Positions 50,457-60,855 of a stretch of 64,000 nucleotides of DNA are shown here, in pieces. Origin of the DNA: an uncultured delta proteobacterium (GTDB lineage Bacteria; Myxococcota_A; Polyangia; Polyangiales; Polyangiaceae). Position 1 is the first letter of the stretch. Each line of letters starts with the position of its first letter. The stretch is from contig CAWJCS010000003.1 in the NCBI GenBank assembly GCA_963841435.1, forward strand, positions 480,001 through 544,000. The letters run 5' to 3'. A model generated the notes under the pieces. The model was not told the origin of the DNA and ran no database searches. It was given only the letters and a program-made list of their open reading frames with translations. Both the position numbers and the translations under genes were made by a program.

Positions 50457-51557
50457 ATGAGCACGCCTGCCCAACCCCCCACCCAGCCGTCGCTCGCGAG
50501 GCACGTGGCGGTCAACGTGAACCCGGCGCGCGTCGCGCGCGTGTGGGCGTCCGTGTCGGCAAGGCTCGAGCGCACACCGGCGCGCGGGCGGCGCGTGCTC
50601 GTCTGGACCCTCGTGGCGAGCGGCGCGGCGGCGGCGGCCCTGTGGTTCTCGCTCGGCCGATTCGGCGACACGGGGGCGCCTTCAGCCTGGCAACGCGCGG
50701 CCCTCGAAACGTCGAGCGACGCCATGGCGGTGAAGCTCGACGACGGCTCGCGGCTCGAGCTCGCCGCGCACACGCGGGTCAAGGTCACCGAGAACGAGCC
50801 CTCGGCCGTCGCGCTCGATCTCGAGCACGGGCGCGTCGATTGCGACATCACGCCGCGACCAGGACGGCAGTTCGCGGTCCGCGCGCAGGGCGTCGAGGTG
50901 CGCGTGACCGGCACCCGCTTCAGCGTCGAGATCGCGTCGACGGGCCGGGTCGAGGTCGAGGTGTCGCGCGGCTCCGTGGAGGTGTCGCGAGGCGCGGTGA
51001 AACGACGCCTCTCGGCGGGCGAGCGCTGGTCGATCGATCTCGAGCAACCGGGCGCCGAGAGCGAGCCGAGCCGAGAGCCCTCACCCGCCGCCGAGCCCGT
51101 CGCCCCCGAACCGACCGCGAGCACCGTCGAAACGGCCCGGCCGAGCCCCGCGCCATCGGCGGCAACGCGCGAGCCGGCCGCCGCGGGCGCGCGCGAGCTC
51201 TTCGACCTCGGCAACGCCGCGCGCCGCGCGGGCGACGCGGCCGGCGCGGCACGCGCCTACGAACAGCTGCTCGAGCACTATCCGCGTGACGGGCGAGCCG
51301 GGCTCGCGGCGTTCGAGCTCGGGCGACTGCGCATGGACCGGCTCGGCGATCTGCATGGCGCCATCCAAGCGCTGCAGCGCGCCGTGACGCTTGCCCCGGG
51401 CGCCGGCTTCCGCGAGGACGCCATGGCGCGCCTCGTCGACGCTTACGCGGCCGCTGGGGCGACCGAGCGCTGCCGCTCGGCCCAGAGCGCCTACCTCGCG
51501 AGCTATCCAGGGGGCGTCCACGCCAGTGCGGTCTCGCGCCGCTGCGGCGCTCGCTAG
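50457..51557 (+). CDS. FecR-domain anti-sigma factor with C-terminal TPR
   Basis: TM; LDDGSRLEL, VRVTGTRFSV, VEVSRGSV; TPR region AYEQLLEHYP..YLASYPGG. Confidence 0.85.
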   Translation: MSTPAQPPTQPSLARHVAVNVNPARVARVWASVSARLERTPARGRRVLVWTLVASGAAAAALWFSLGRFGDTGAPSAWQRAALETSSDAMAVKLDDGSRLELAAHTRVKVTENEPSAVALDLEHGRVDCDITPRPGRQFAVRAQGVEVRVTGTRFSVEIASTGRVEVEVSRGSVEVSRGAVKRRLSAGERWSIDLEQPGAESEPSREPSPAAEPVAPEPTASTVETARPSPAPSAATREPAAAGARELFDLGNAARRAGDAAGAARAYEQLLEHYPRDGRAGLAAFELGRLRMDRLGDLHGAIQALQRAVTLAPGAGFREDAMARLVDAYAAAGATERCRSAQSAYLASYPGGVHASAVSRRCGAR

Positions 51558-51626
51558 GACCGCGAGCGGTGCGGCCGGCGCGCCGTCCCTTGCCAACGCG
51601 CTCGACCCGGCGCACACCTCGCGTGC

Positions 51627-52640
51627 GTGAGGCTCGCCTACCGCATCACCGCCCTGCTCGCGGGCCTCGTCGCGTTCGCGGCGTGCCGCGACGCACGCGC
51701 GTGCGGCGAGGCGGGACGCCCCTGGGTGAGCGTCGCCTTTTCCGCGCCCGGCTGGCCCGAGGGCTTCGCGGAGCGTGTGCTCGGCGATCTGCGTGCCGGC
51801 CTGAAGAATCGCGGCATCGAGACCTGTGGCGACGCAGACCCCGCCGTCGGTGCGCCGATCGCCACGGTGCGCGTCACCTCGAGCAGCGGCAAGAGCGTCG
51901 TGGTCGCGGTGGAGATCCGCGACGCGTTGACCGAGAAGCGCGTGAGCCGCGACATCGACCTCGCGCGCGTGCCGGAGGACGGCCGGGCCTTCGCGGTGGC
52001 CATCGCCGTCGACGAGCTCGTCTGGGCGAGCTGGGCCGAGATCGCGCTCACCGGCCACCGGGAAAGGGCCCCCCGCGCGGCGCCGCCCGAGGTCGTGCGC
52101 GGCGTGGAGCGTGCCATGCCGCGGCGAGACACGCCCTCGCTACGCCTCGGCGCGCTGTTCGTCGCGAGCCGTTACGGGGGAGGCCAGCGCGAGCTCGGTG
52201 CCGACGCCAGCTTCGTTTTCCCGTTGCCCGCACGGCTCGGGCTCGGGGTCGCCCTCGGCCTCAGGCAGGGACGCGAGGTCGATGCGAGCCACGGGCGCGT
52301 GCAAGAGAGCGCGCTCGGGCTCGGCGCCGACCTGAGGTTTTTGCCGCTGCGCACGCAGCGGGTCGAGCTCGGGCTTTCGCTCGGGCCGCGCGCCTCTCTC
52401 GTTCGGTTCTCGGGTCGCGCCGATGCGGCGGCGCGCGGCTCCGAGCTCACGGGGCTCGTGCTCTTCGCTCGCGCGAAGGTCATCGCCGGTGTGCGCCTTT
52501 TAGGCCCGTTGTGGCTCGAGGCCGGCTTCGGCGCGGGCGCTCCCCTGCGCGCCCTCGAGGCGACGGACGCGGGGCAGGTCGTCTCCGGGGTTTCCGGCCT
52601 CGAGCTCACGGCGAGCGGCGGGCTGCTGGTGGATCTGTGA
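51627..52640 (+). CDS. Exported protein with C-terminal beta-barrel-like region
   Basis: Signal/lipobox-like FAAC; amphipathic beta-strands in the C-terminal half; operon position. Confidence 0.55.
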   Translation: MRLAYRITALLAGLVAFAACRDARACGEAGRPWVSVAFSAPGWPEGFAERVLGDLRAGLKNRGIETCGDADPAVGAPIATVRVTSSSGKSVVVAVEIRDALTEKRVSRDIDLARVPEDGRAFAVAIAVDELVWASWAEIALTGHRERAPRAAPPEVVRGVERAMPRRDTPSLRLGALFVASRYGGGQRELGADASFVFPLPARLGLGVALGLRQGREVDASHGRVQESALGLGADLRFLPLRTQRVELGLSLGPRASLVRFSGRADAAARGSELTGLVLFARAKVIAGVRLLGPLWLEAGFGAGAPLRALEATDAGQVVSGVSGLELTASGGLLVDL

Positions 52641-53863
52641 TGGTCTCGACAACCGCCGCCAGGAACCCCTTGCTCTCGCGTGCGCTCTTACTCGTGCTCG
52701 CCGTGATACCGGGGCTCGCCTGCGTCGAGCGCGGCGACGTCCTCACGCCCGAGCCGGCAGATTCGCAGAAACCGGGCGCCGTCGTCGCGGACGTGAGCGC
52801 GGGGCGGCAGCACACGCTCGCCGTTGCGGGCGGGAAGCTCTACGCCTGGGGCGAGAACGACAGTGGCAAGCTCGGCGTCGGCGATACCGACTGGCGCTAC
52901 GAGCCCGTGCCCGTCGACAGCCCTCGCACCTTCCGCGCTGTAGCGGCGGCCAACGAGCACAGCTGCGCCATCGACGACCTCTCGGACGTTTATTGCTTCG
53001 GCGAGGGCTCGCGCGGCCAGCTCGGACAGGGCGACCGCGAATCGAGCCTCGTGCCGCTCAAGGTGAGCCTACCGGCGCCCGCAGCGAGCATCTCCGCTCG
53101 TTTCAGCCACACCTGTGCGCTCCTCAAGGACGCGAGGCTCTACTGCTGGGGGCAAAACGACGAAGGCCAGCTCGGGCAAGGCGACCCCGGCGTCGGTGCC
53201 GACACGACGGCCGCCGACGGCCTGAGCCCGCTACCGGTCGGCGACGCCGAATGGCTCGACGTCGGCGCGGGCGACGGGCACACCTGTGCCGTTCGGCTCG
53301 ACGGCACCCTTCTCTGCTGGGGCCGCAACACGAGCCACGAGCTCGGGCCGGACGAAACGCGCGTCCAGGTGCGAAGCCCGGTCGAGGTCGACGCCGCGCG
53401 CGATTGGCTGCGAGCGATGCCAGGACAACAGTACACGTGCGCGCTCAAGCGCGACGCGTCGGTGTGGTGCTGGGGCGAGAACGTCGGTAGCGCGGGCGGC
53501 GACGGCTTCCCGCTCGGCATCGCCGCCGACCAGCTCGATCGACCCACGCGCGTCGGCACGCTCGATGCCGCGGATCTTTCGACCGAGGTGTTCCACACCT
53601 GCTCGGTCACGCACGCTTCCGATCTTTACTGCTGGGGGCGCGGCATCGAGGGCCAGCTCGGCACGGGCGACATCGAGCTCCGCCGCGAGCCGACGCTCGT
53701 CGCCACCGGCATCGCGAAGGTCACGACGTCATGGTTTACGACCTGCGTCCTCACCGTCGCCGGCAGGATCGGCTGCGCCGGCAAGAACGAGCACGGCGAG
53801 CTCGGCACGGGCGACATGATGCGGCAAAGCGTCTTCACCGAGCCGAGCTTTCCCTCGCCCTAG
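52640..53863 (+). CDS. RCC1/BLIP-II repeat lipoprotein
   Basis: ATG 52640 overlaps the upstream stop; lipobox GLAC; about 7 repeats of HTCA..CWGxN..GQLG. Confidence 0.88.
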   Translation: MVSTTAARNPLLSRALLLVLAVIPGLACVERGDVLTPEPADSQKPGAVVADVSAGRQHTLAVAGGKLYAWGENDSGKLGVGDTDWRYEPVPVDSPRTFRAVAAANEHSCAIDDLSDVYCFGEGSRGQLGQGDRESSLVPLKVSLPAPAASISARFSHTCALLKDARLYCWGQNDEGQLGQGDPGVGADTTAADGLSPLPVGDAEWLDVGAGDGHTCAVRLDGTLLCWGRNTSHELGPDETRVQVRSPVEVDAARDWLRAMPGQQYTCALKRDASVWCWGENVGSAGGDGFPLGIAADQLDRPTRVGTLDAADLSTEVFHTCSVTHASDLYCWGRGIEGQLGTGDIELRREPTLVATGIAKVTTSWFTTCVLTVAGRIGCAGKNEHGELGTGDMMRQSVFTEPSFPSP

Positions 53864-54178
53864 TCTCGACTTCGGGAGGACTCTGAAGGCAGATCGGCGC
53901 GAACGGCGCCCTCGCTGCGCGAGAGAGCCCGCGCGGCCGGCGACGCCACGCGGCGCGGTCGTTCGAAACGGATCTTTGCGAAACTGCCGGCCTGAGCCGT
54001 CGCTGGCGCGCCGGGGTACGTGCCTCTTCGTGGAGACCACACGGCCGCCGTCGAGGTACAAGGGCACGACGACCCTGCGGCGGCGTGCAGCTCGTCGCGT
54101 CGCTCACCCCGTGCGCCGCTCGCCTCGACGCGAAAAAGCCCCAAAGCGCCAGCGCACTCCACCTCGAGGACAATTTCC

Positions 54179-55292
54179 ATGAAACGTTGGTCGTCGCGCG
54201 GCACCCTCGCGGGCTTGCTCTCCGGCGGAGCGCTTTTCATCGCCTGTCAGAAGCTCCCACCCACCAAGCCGCTCGAGTCGGATGGGACGGGCGGCGGAGC
54301 GCAGGGTGGGACGGGCGGCGGAGCGCAGGGCGGCACGGGCGCCGGCTCGGCGGGCGTGTCGGGCGACAGCACCGCGGGAGGCAGCGCCGGCTCGGCCGGA
54401 ACGATGGCGACCGAAGGCGGCGAGAGCGCCGGCGGCAGCGCCGCGAGCGGGGGCGACGCCGGGATGGCAAGCGGCGGCAAGGCCGGCGGCGGCGCCGGCC
54501 GAGGCGGGAGCAAAAGCGGCGGAGAGGCGGGCGCACCGGAGGGCGGTGCTAGCGACGGCGGCGCGGGCACGGGCGCAACCGGCCACGACGAGTTTTTCGG
54601 CGCCAGCCGCTGCAGCTCGGCCTTCGACTTCTGCGAGGACTTCGAGAGCGGCACGCTCTCGAGCAGTCGATGGCAAATCCAGTCCTCGGGGCAAGATCCC
54701 GTGGTGGAAACGACGCGCGCGGCGCGCGGCGCGCATTCCGTCCATTTTCACACGGACGACAACGGCCTCTCGCTCCTCCACACCCGCACCCCCTTCCCCC
54801 GCCCCAACAACAAATATTACGGCCGACTGTTCGTCTGGTTCGACTCGATGCCCACGGCGCCGACGTGGGCCCACTGGAGCATCGCCGCCTCGGATTCCGA
54901 CAGCGAAGAAACCGAGATCCGCGTCGGCGGCCAGTACGACAACACCAAGAACCGCTTCGGTGTCGGCACCGATCACGGCCCCACGGGCGACTGGACGAAC
55001 CTCGATCAGGATCCCGGCGACCCCGTTCCCGTTAGGACGTGGGTGTGCGTCGAGTGGCTACACGACGGCGAGACGGATCAGACGGATCTGTGGTGGGACG
55101 GCGTGGCGAGGCCCTCGCTGCACACCACCGCCACCGACCACGGCGGCAGCTCTTCGGATTATACCATGCCTCCCATCGACTCGGCGTGGATCGGCTGGTG
55201 GCTTTACCAGGCCGGGACGACCCCCGATCACTTCGACGTCTCGGATCGACGAGGTCGTGATCGACGACGAGCGCGTCGGCTGCGTCAACTAG
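54179..55292 (+). CDS. Lipoprotein with Gly-rich linker and Cip1/polysaccharide-lyase-like beta-sandwich; +1 frameshift near 55242
   Basis: Lipobox FIAC; FCEDFESG, YYGRLFVW, WVCVEW. Removing c55242 gives FDVWIDEVVIDDERVGCVN-stop. Confidence 0.65.
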
Positions 55293-55692
55293 CAGGCTGT
55301 CGTTCTAGCGCAGCAGTACGAGCGGGCGGACGCCCGTGTCGCGCGAGCGGAACGGCACGCGCGAAAACGCCCACCCCGTGCACCAGGGGTCGCCTTCAAA
55401 CCCCATCCCTCCACCCCGCTCACGCGTCTCGCCTCACGCCGTTTCGACGCCAGCTTTGCGCACGAACGACGCGCACACCGAACCGCCGCGCCAGCGGGCG
55501 TGGGCGCACGTTGGACGCGCGTGTAGGTAGGTGAAGGGGGCGCGTCTCGCACGCGTTGTGGGAAACCTGTTGTCCTACAAATCGAGCGCGCTGCTCCAAA
55601 ACGGGTGACCAAATCTCTGTCGCTCGATCCACTAAAGGAGGCGGGCGTCGCTACCGTATTGTTGACGCTCCGCGCAACGCCGGAAGGGCCGC

Positions 55693-57033
55693 ATGGGTTC
55701 GAGCTTGCCGCATTGTCCGAAGTGCCACACGGAAATGTTCGAGGGTGCGCACTTTTGCATGCGGTGTGGGACCTCGCTCGGTGACCCGGCGGCCGAGCCC
55801 GGCGCGCGCCACAACACGATGCGGCCGGTCGCCGAATCGGAGGCGCGGCCGTCGGGACCGGCAGCGCTCTGGTCGGGCGCCGAGGCAGCGGCCTCTCTCG
55901 CGGATTCCGTTTACGCCGCCATCGAAGAGGTGGCGAGCACGAGGAGCGAACCGCGCTCGACCGAGCTCGAAGCGATCCAGCCGGGCGACATCGACGCGAT
56001 CGACGAAGGTTTCGCGGGGCTCGACGCCGACAGCGCACGAACGGCTCCCGACGGAGCACCGACTTCTGACCCCGACCCACGGAGAAAACATCGGATGGCT
56101 GAATTCAATCGTGATGAAGTCATGCGGCGCGTCCGCATGAAACAGAGCCTGAAACGTGCCGGGCTGAACGGCCTGGACCTCTCGGGAGCCTCGCTCGAGG
56201 GCGTGGATTTCAGCCGCGCCGAATTGGACGGCGCGAACCTCGACAACGCCAAGCTCCGGGGCGCCGTGCTCGCGAACGCGAGCCTGCGCGGAGCCTCGCT
56301 CAAGGGGGCCGACCTCACCGAGTGCGACCTCAAGAAGGCCGATCTCGACGGCGCCGATCTCACGGGCGCGAAGCTCGTCGCAGCGAATCTCGAGCGCGCG
56401 AGCCTCGAAGAGGCTCGGCTCCCGGCCGTCGATCTGAAGGGCGCTGACGCGCGGCACGCGGCGTTCATGCGTGCCGATCTCACGGGCGCGAATCTCGGTC
56501 AGGCGAAGCTCGCCGGCGCAAGCTTCGAAGAAGCTCGGCTCGGCGCCCTCGTGTTCGACTGGATCGACGCGAGCCCGGGCGGCGACGGCAGCCTCCACCT
56601 CGACGGCGCCCGCGCGTTCGCCTTTCTCTCCGGTCGCGAAGTGGAGGAGCGACCCGCGTCGCGCTACTTCGGCAAGGGCGACGTGCTGCGCGACGCCACG
56701 CTCGAGTTCGGAAAGGATTCCGTGATTCAGATCGACAGCCGCTTCGAGAACTGCTCCATCGCGCTCGGCGAGGGTGCGGACCTGACGATCGGCGAAGCGG
56801 GCGTGCTGAAGAATTGCGAGATTGTCGGCCACGGGAAAATCACGGTGCACGGCCGATTTTTCGAGCGACAGAGCCCCGGCATCGTCGGCGCGAGGAGCGT
56901 CGTCGTGAGCGCACGTGGGGCGATGGTGGGGGGGATCGAGCAGGCCGCCGAGGCCACCGTGTTCGCGTTCGAGCCGGGCAGCCGGCTGCGTGTGAAGATC
57001 CTGCGGCCGCGCGAGCGCGCCGCGGCCGAATGA
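55693..57033 (+). CDS. Zinc-ribbon + pentapeptide-repeat protein with bactofilin-like C-terminal domain
   Basis: CPKC..CMRCG; long A[DN]LxG pentapeptide run; C-terminal LTIGEAGVLK..ITVHGRF..VVVSARGAMVGGI. Confidence 0.8.
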   Translation: MGSSLPHCPKCHTEMFEGAHFCMRCGTSLGDPAAEPGARHNTMRPVAESEARPSGPAALWSGAEAAASLADSVYAAIEEVASTRSEPRSTELEAIQPGDIDAIDEGFAGLDADSARTAPDGAPTSDPDPRRKHRMAEFNRDEVMRRVRMKQSLKRAGLNGLDLSGASLEGVDFSRAELDGANLDNAKLRGAVLANASLRGASLKGADLTECDLKKADLDGADLTGAKLVAANLERASLEEARLPAVDLKGADARHAAFMRADLTGANLGQAKLAGASFEEARLGALVFDWIDASPGGDGSLHLDGARAFAFLSGREVEERPASRYFGKGDVLRDATLEFGKDSVIQIDSRFENCSIALGEGADLTIGEAGVLKNCEIVGHGKITVHGRFFERQSPGIVGARSVVVSARGAMVGGIEQAAEATVFAFEPGSRLRVKILRPRERAAAE

Positions 57034-57058
57034 TCCGAGAGCGAGAGGAACCACGATC

Positions 57059-57724
57059 ATGAGCAATACCTATCGTCCCAGTGCCCCCGCGCGTCACACC
57101 GTCGTGGAGGAGGGAACCGAGTTCAAGGGTGCCCTCACCTCGTCTTGCCCCATCGACGTACGCGGCAAGATCGAGGGCGACATCACCACGCCTTCGCTCA
57201 CGGTGAGCTCGACGGGCGCCGTTCACGGCCGCGCCAAGGTGGGCGCTGTCCGCTCCGAGGGCGAGCTGTCCGGTGAGTTCGACGCGGAAAGCGTCGAGCT
57301 TGCCGGCAAGGTGAAGGACAACACCGTGATTCGCGCGCGCTCGCTCTCCGTGAAGCTCGGCAGCGGCGAGGGCAAGGTGCTGCAGGTGATCTTCGGAGAG
57401 TGCGAGTTGTCGATCGGCGACGAGCCCACGGAGATGGACGCCGTCGAACCGGCAAAGGCGGCTCGCGCGAGCGAGGAGCCTGCCGCCGCGCAAGGTGACG
57501 CCCCCGCGCCCGAGGGTGTCGCTGCGGAGGCTGGCGATCCGGGCGAGGCCGAAGCAGCCGAGGGCGAGGAAGACGAGGAGCCCGCCGAAGGCTCCGACGC
57601 CGTCGCCGCACAAGGCGGCAAGCGCCGCCGCAAGAAGCAAGGCAAGGAGCAGAACGGGCACTCGGAGGACGTCGCCCAGGCCGGCTGGTCGCAGCCCCCG
57701 TCGCAGCCCCCGCCCGCGAGCTGA
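57059..57724 (+). CDS. Bactofilin (polymer-forming cytoskeletal protein) with acidic tail
   Basis: TVVEEGTEFKG..IDVRGKIEGDI..LTVSSTGAVHG..GELSGEF. Confidence 0.88.
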   Translation: MSNTYRPSAPARHTVVEEGTEFKGALTSSCPIDVRGKIEGDITTPSLTVSSTGAVHGRAKVGAVRSEGELSGEFDAESVELAGKVKDNTVIRARSLSVKLGSGEGKVLQVIFGECELSIGDEPTEMDAVEPAKAARASEEPAAAQGDAPAPEGVAAEAGDPGEAEAAEGEEDEEPAEGSDAVAAQGGKRRRKKQGKEQNGHSEDVAQAGWSQPPSQPPPAS

Positions 57725-57855
57725 GGCCGGACTCAGGCGGAGCGGGCGAGCCCGCGTGCCACGCGGCCGGGCACGCGGGCGGGCCTACGAAACGCCCCGG
57801 TTCGGGACGTCGTGCCACACCGAGCGGCGCCGCGCGTGCGCGGGCTCGCCCTCGC

Positions 57856-58020
57856 TCAATTAGGGACGCGTCGTCCGGCGATGAGCGCTACGATGGCGAT
57901 CACCAGAAACGCCACGAAGAGCAGCTTCGCGACGCCCGCCGCACCCGCGGCGATCCCCCCGAAGCCAAACAGCGCGGCAATCAGAGCAATGATGAAAAAG
58001 ACGGCTGCCCAATAGAGCAT
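57856..58020 (-). CDS. DUF1328 (YtjA-like) small membrane protein
   Basis: [44 protein letters not shown]. Confidence 0.92.
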   Translation of the reverse strand: MLYWAAVFFIIALIAALFGFGGIAAGAAGVAKLLFVAFLVIAIVALIAGRRVPN

Positions 58021-58071
58021 TTTGGAATCTCCTTGTTGCTCGCTCGTCGAGAGCGATCGAAGGGGGGTGGC

Positions 58072-58087
58072 TGCAAGGGGCGGGCCA
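58072..58087 (-). promoter_or_regulatory. Sigma54 promoter for the DUF1328 gene
   Basis: TGGCCCGCCCCTTGCA. Confidence 0.7.
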
Positions 58088-58133
58088 GCGAGCGACCTCG
58101 CGAGCGGTCGGTGCACGACGAGTGGCGCCGACG

Positions 58134-58149
58134 TGGCACGAACGCTGCA
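58134..58149 (+). promoter_or_regulatory. Sigma54 promoter for the small beta-barrel gene
   Basis: TGGCACGAACGCTGCA. Confidence 0.7.
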
Positions 58150-58281
58150 ACGCGCGGGCGCGTGAACGAGAACCACCGATCCATCGCCGGAGATCCTGCG
58201 AAACGAACCACCTCGAGCGGCCCTCGAGCCTTCGAACGGAGAGAAGAGCGAGCCAGGCGAGCGCGGCGAGTCACCCGCGTG

Positions 58282-58797
58282 ATGCGGGCGAGCTTGCTCG
58301 TGTCGGGTTTCGTTGCGCCTTCGCTCGTCTCGGCCATCGCGGCAGCGGAGACGAAGGTTGCCGTGGACGTCGAGGCGAGCCGGACGACGACACCGTCGCG
58401 TCACGGGGGGTACGGCGTGGGGCTTCGCATCGGGCACGCTTGGGACCTGCCGCTCCTGTCGCTCACGCCGGAGTTTTCCGCGAGCTTCCATCGCTTCTCG
58501 GGTGCGCCCGCTGCCTCGACGGAGCGCTTCATGGCGGGAGGACGCTTGGGCCTCGGATTCGTGATCGAGCCGAGCGTGTTCGCGCACGCGGGCGTCGGGC
58601 ATTATTCGTACGACGATGTCGGCGGCGAGCACTCGCACACCTCGCTCGGCTACGACGTGGGGCTCGCGCTGGATTTGACGGCGTTGCCGGTCATCGACCT
58701 CGGCGTTCACGCCGCCGCGGCGGGCGTCGCCGGCTCCCCGGCAAGAGAGCCGTTTCCATGGCTCACGCTCGGCGGGCACGTCGCGTTCGGATTCTGA
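58282..58797 (+). CDS. Small outer-membrane beta-barrel-like protein
   Basis: Signal peptide ..AIAAA; about 8 amphipathic strands; C-terminal AFGF. Confidence 0.65.
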   Translation: MRASLLVSGFVAPSLVSAIAAAETKVAVDVEASRTTTPSRHGGYGVGLRIGHAWDLPLLSLTPEFSASFHRFSGAPAASTERFMAGGRLGLGFVIEPSVFAHAGVGHYSYDDVGGEHSHTSLGYDVGLALDLTALPVIDLGVHAAAAGVAGSPAREPFPWLTLGGHVAFGF

Positions 58798-58914
58798 TTG
58801 GCAACGGCTGGGGCGCGACATTTTGCCTCGCCCCCATTCATCATGCCGCAAATTTGTCACGCACCAGACGCATGAAATCCTGCGCTTTTTCGACTGATCT
58901 GGTGTGTAGGGAAC

Positions 58915-58930
58915 TGGCATACAATGTGCT
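58915..58930 (+). promoter_or_regulatory. Sigma54 promoter for the NtrC-family regulator
   Basis: TGGCATACAATGTGCT. Confidence 0.7.
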
Positions 58931-58942
58931 GATTCCCTGGAG

Positions 58943-60365
58943 ATGTTTTCCACCACCAGCGCCGTCCAAACCGACCCGGCAGGCCCGCCGTCCGGGGATC
59001 GTCTGACGCCAACGAGCAGCGCCCCGCGCGTTCTGGTGACGGACGACGATCTGGAGACCTGCGAGCTCACGCAAGACCAGCTGTCGCGGCGGGGATACGA
59101 CATCTCGTGGCGCCTGACGGCCGAGGAAGCTCTCGCTGAGCTCGACCACGACTACGACGTGCTGCTCGCGGACATCCAGATGGAGGGCATGAGTGGGCTC
59201 GACCTCTGCCGGGCGGCGCTCGAGAAAAGACCCGATCTCTCCGTCGTCGTGATGACCGGCTTCGGCACCGTCGAGCACGCCGTTCAGGCGATGCGGGCCG
59301 GCGCGTACGACTTCGTGACGAAACCGTTTTCGATCGAGGCGCTGGGCATGGCCATCGATCGGGCCGTGCGCCATCGCGCCATGAGCCAGGAGCTCCGGCG
59401 CCTGCGGCGCTCGGTTCAACAACCTCGAGCTGCCGAACCTCGTGGGTCGCAGCTCGCCCATGCGATCGATGGTGAGTGTCATCGATCGGGTCGCCGAGAG
59501 CGACGCCACGGTGCTCGTGACCGGCGAGAGCGGGACGGGCAAGGAGCTCGTCGCTCGGGCGATCCACGAACGCAGTGGGCGGCTGGGGCCGTTCCTCCCG
59601 ATCAACTGCGCCGCGCTGCCCGAAACACTGCTCGAGAGCGAGCTTTTCGGACACGCCAAGGGCGCTTTCACCGATGCGCGCCAGCCGCGCAGCGGTCTGT
59701 TCGTCGAGGCCAATCGTGGCACGTTGTTCTTGGACGAGATCGGCGAGATGTCGCTAGGGATGCAGGCGAAAATTCTGCGGGCGCTCCAGGAGCGCACCGT
59801 GCGGCCGCTCGGCTCCGCTCAGGAAATCCACTGCGACACGCGCATCGTCGCCGCTACGAATCACGACCTCGAAAAAGCCGTTCAGGAAAAGACCTTCCGC
59901 GAGGATCTCTACTATCGCGTCAACGTCGTCCGCATCGACGTGCCCCCGCTCAGGGACCGCGCCAACGACGTGCTGCTCCTCGCGCAGCACTTCTTGACCC
60001 AGGCGGCCGCGCGCAGCGGAAAATCGGTGACGCGCCTCGGTCAGCTCGTGGCGGAGCGCCTCATCAACTACGACTGGCCAGGCAACGTGCGAGAGCTCGA
60101 AAACTGCCTCGAACGCGCCGTGGCGCTGGCGCGCTTCGACGAGATCACGCTGGAAGACTTGCCCAGCAAGATCCGCGAGCATCGCCCCACGGACCTCGGC
60201 TCGCTCGGTGACGACGCGGAGCACCTCTTGTCGATGGAAGAGGTCGAGGAACGCTACATTCGCAAGGTGCTGAACGCCGTCTCGGGCAACAAGACCGTGG
60301 CCGCGAAGATCCTCGGTCTCGATCGCCGCACGCTCTACCGACGCCTCGCGCGCACGGCGACCTGA
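58943..60365 (+). CDS. Sigma54-dependent response regulator (REC-AAA+-HTH, AtoC/ZraR-like); +1 frameshift near 59423
   Basis: [55 protein letters not shown]. Removing one C joins the two ORFs (..[12 protein letters not shown]..). Confidence 0.9.
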
Positions 60366-60384
60366 TCCGCCCCGCCTGCGGGCG

Positions 60385-60828
60385 TCAATAGCTGAGGAGC
60401 GCCTCGAGCTGCTCGCTCGGGATCGGCTTGACGACGTAGGCATGAAAGCCTTCCGCCAGCGCTGCTTGTCGCAGCGCGGGGTCGGCGCTGCCCGTGAGGG
60501 CGATCAGGCGGGCCGAGGTCAGGCCGACTTCTCGCAGTCGGCGTGCGAGCTCCCAGCCGTCCATCTCGGGCAAACCGAGGTCGAGCAAAACCACGTCGGG
60601 GTGATTCTCCTCGCCGAGCCGCAACGCCTCGCTCGGCGTCGCCGCCGAGACGACCGAGTGACCCATGAGCTCGATGAGCGCGGTCATCACGTCCCGCGAA
60701 TCGTCGTCATCCTCGATGAGGAGCACGCGACGCGACTTGAACGTCGAGCGCTGAGGTAGGACCACGGGGGGGGGCGGAGCATACCGGCGAGCCCGGAAGG
60801 CTGACGAGACAAAAGCTCTTCGAGCCAT
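60385..60828 (-). CDS. Single-domain response regulator; start uncertain (ATG 60828 or GTG 60765)
   Basis: VLLIEDDDD, LLDLGLPEMDG, IALTG, VKP. Confidence 0.88.
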   Translation of the reverse strand: MARRAFVSSAFRARRYAPPPPVVLPQRSTFKSRRVLLIEDDDDSRDVMTALIELMGHSVVSAATPSEALRLGEENHPDVVLLDLGLPEMDGWELARRLREVGLTSARLIALTGSADPALRQAALAEGFHAYVVKPIPSEQLEALLSY

Positions 60829-60843
60829 GGAACAGCCCTTGCT
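60828..60843 (+). promoter_or_regulatory. Sigma54 promoter for the Ser/Thr kinase
   Basis: TGGAACAGCCCTTGCT. Confidence 0.6.
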
Positions 60844-60855
60844 TTGGGTTCCTCC

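Noticed and set aside
51569-52639. N-terminal extension of the 764-aa RCC1 ORF
   Set aside because: Arg-rich alternative frame over 51627..52640; the real start with signal peptide is ATG 52640.
60766-60774. G9 tract as a phase-variation switch for the response regulator
   Set aside because: In-frame starts exist on both sides and the REC domain is unaffected; there is no evidence of length variation.
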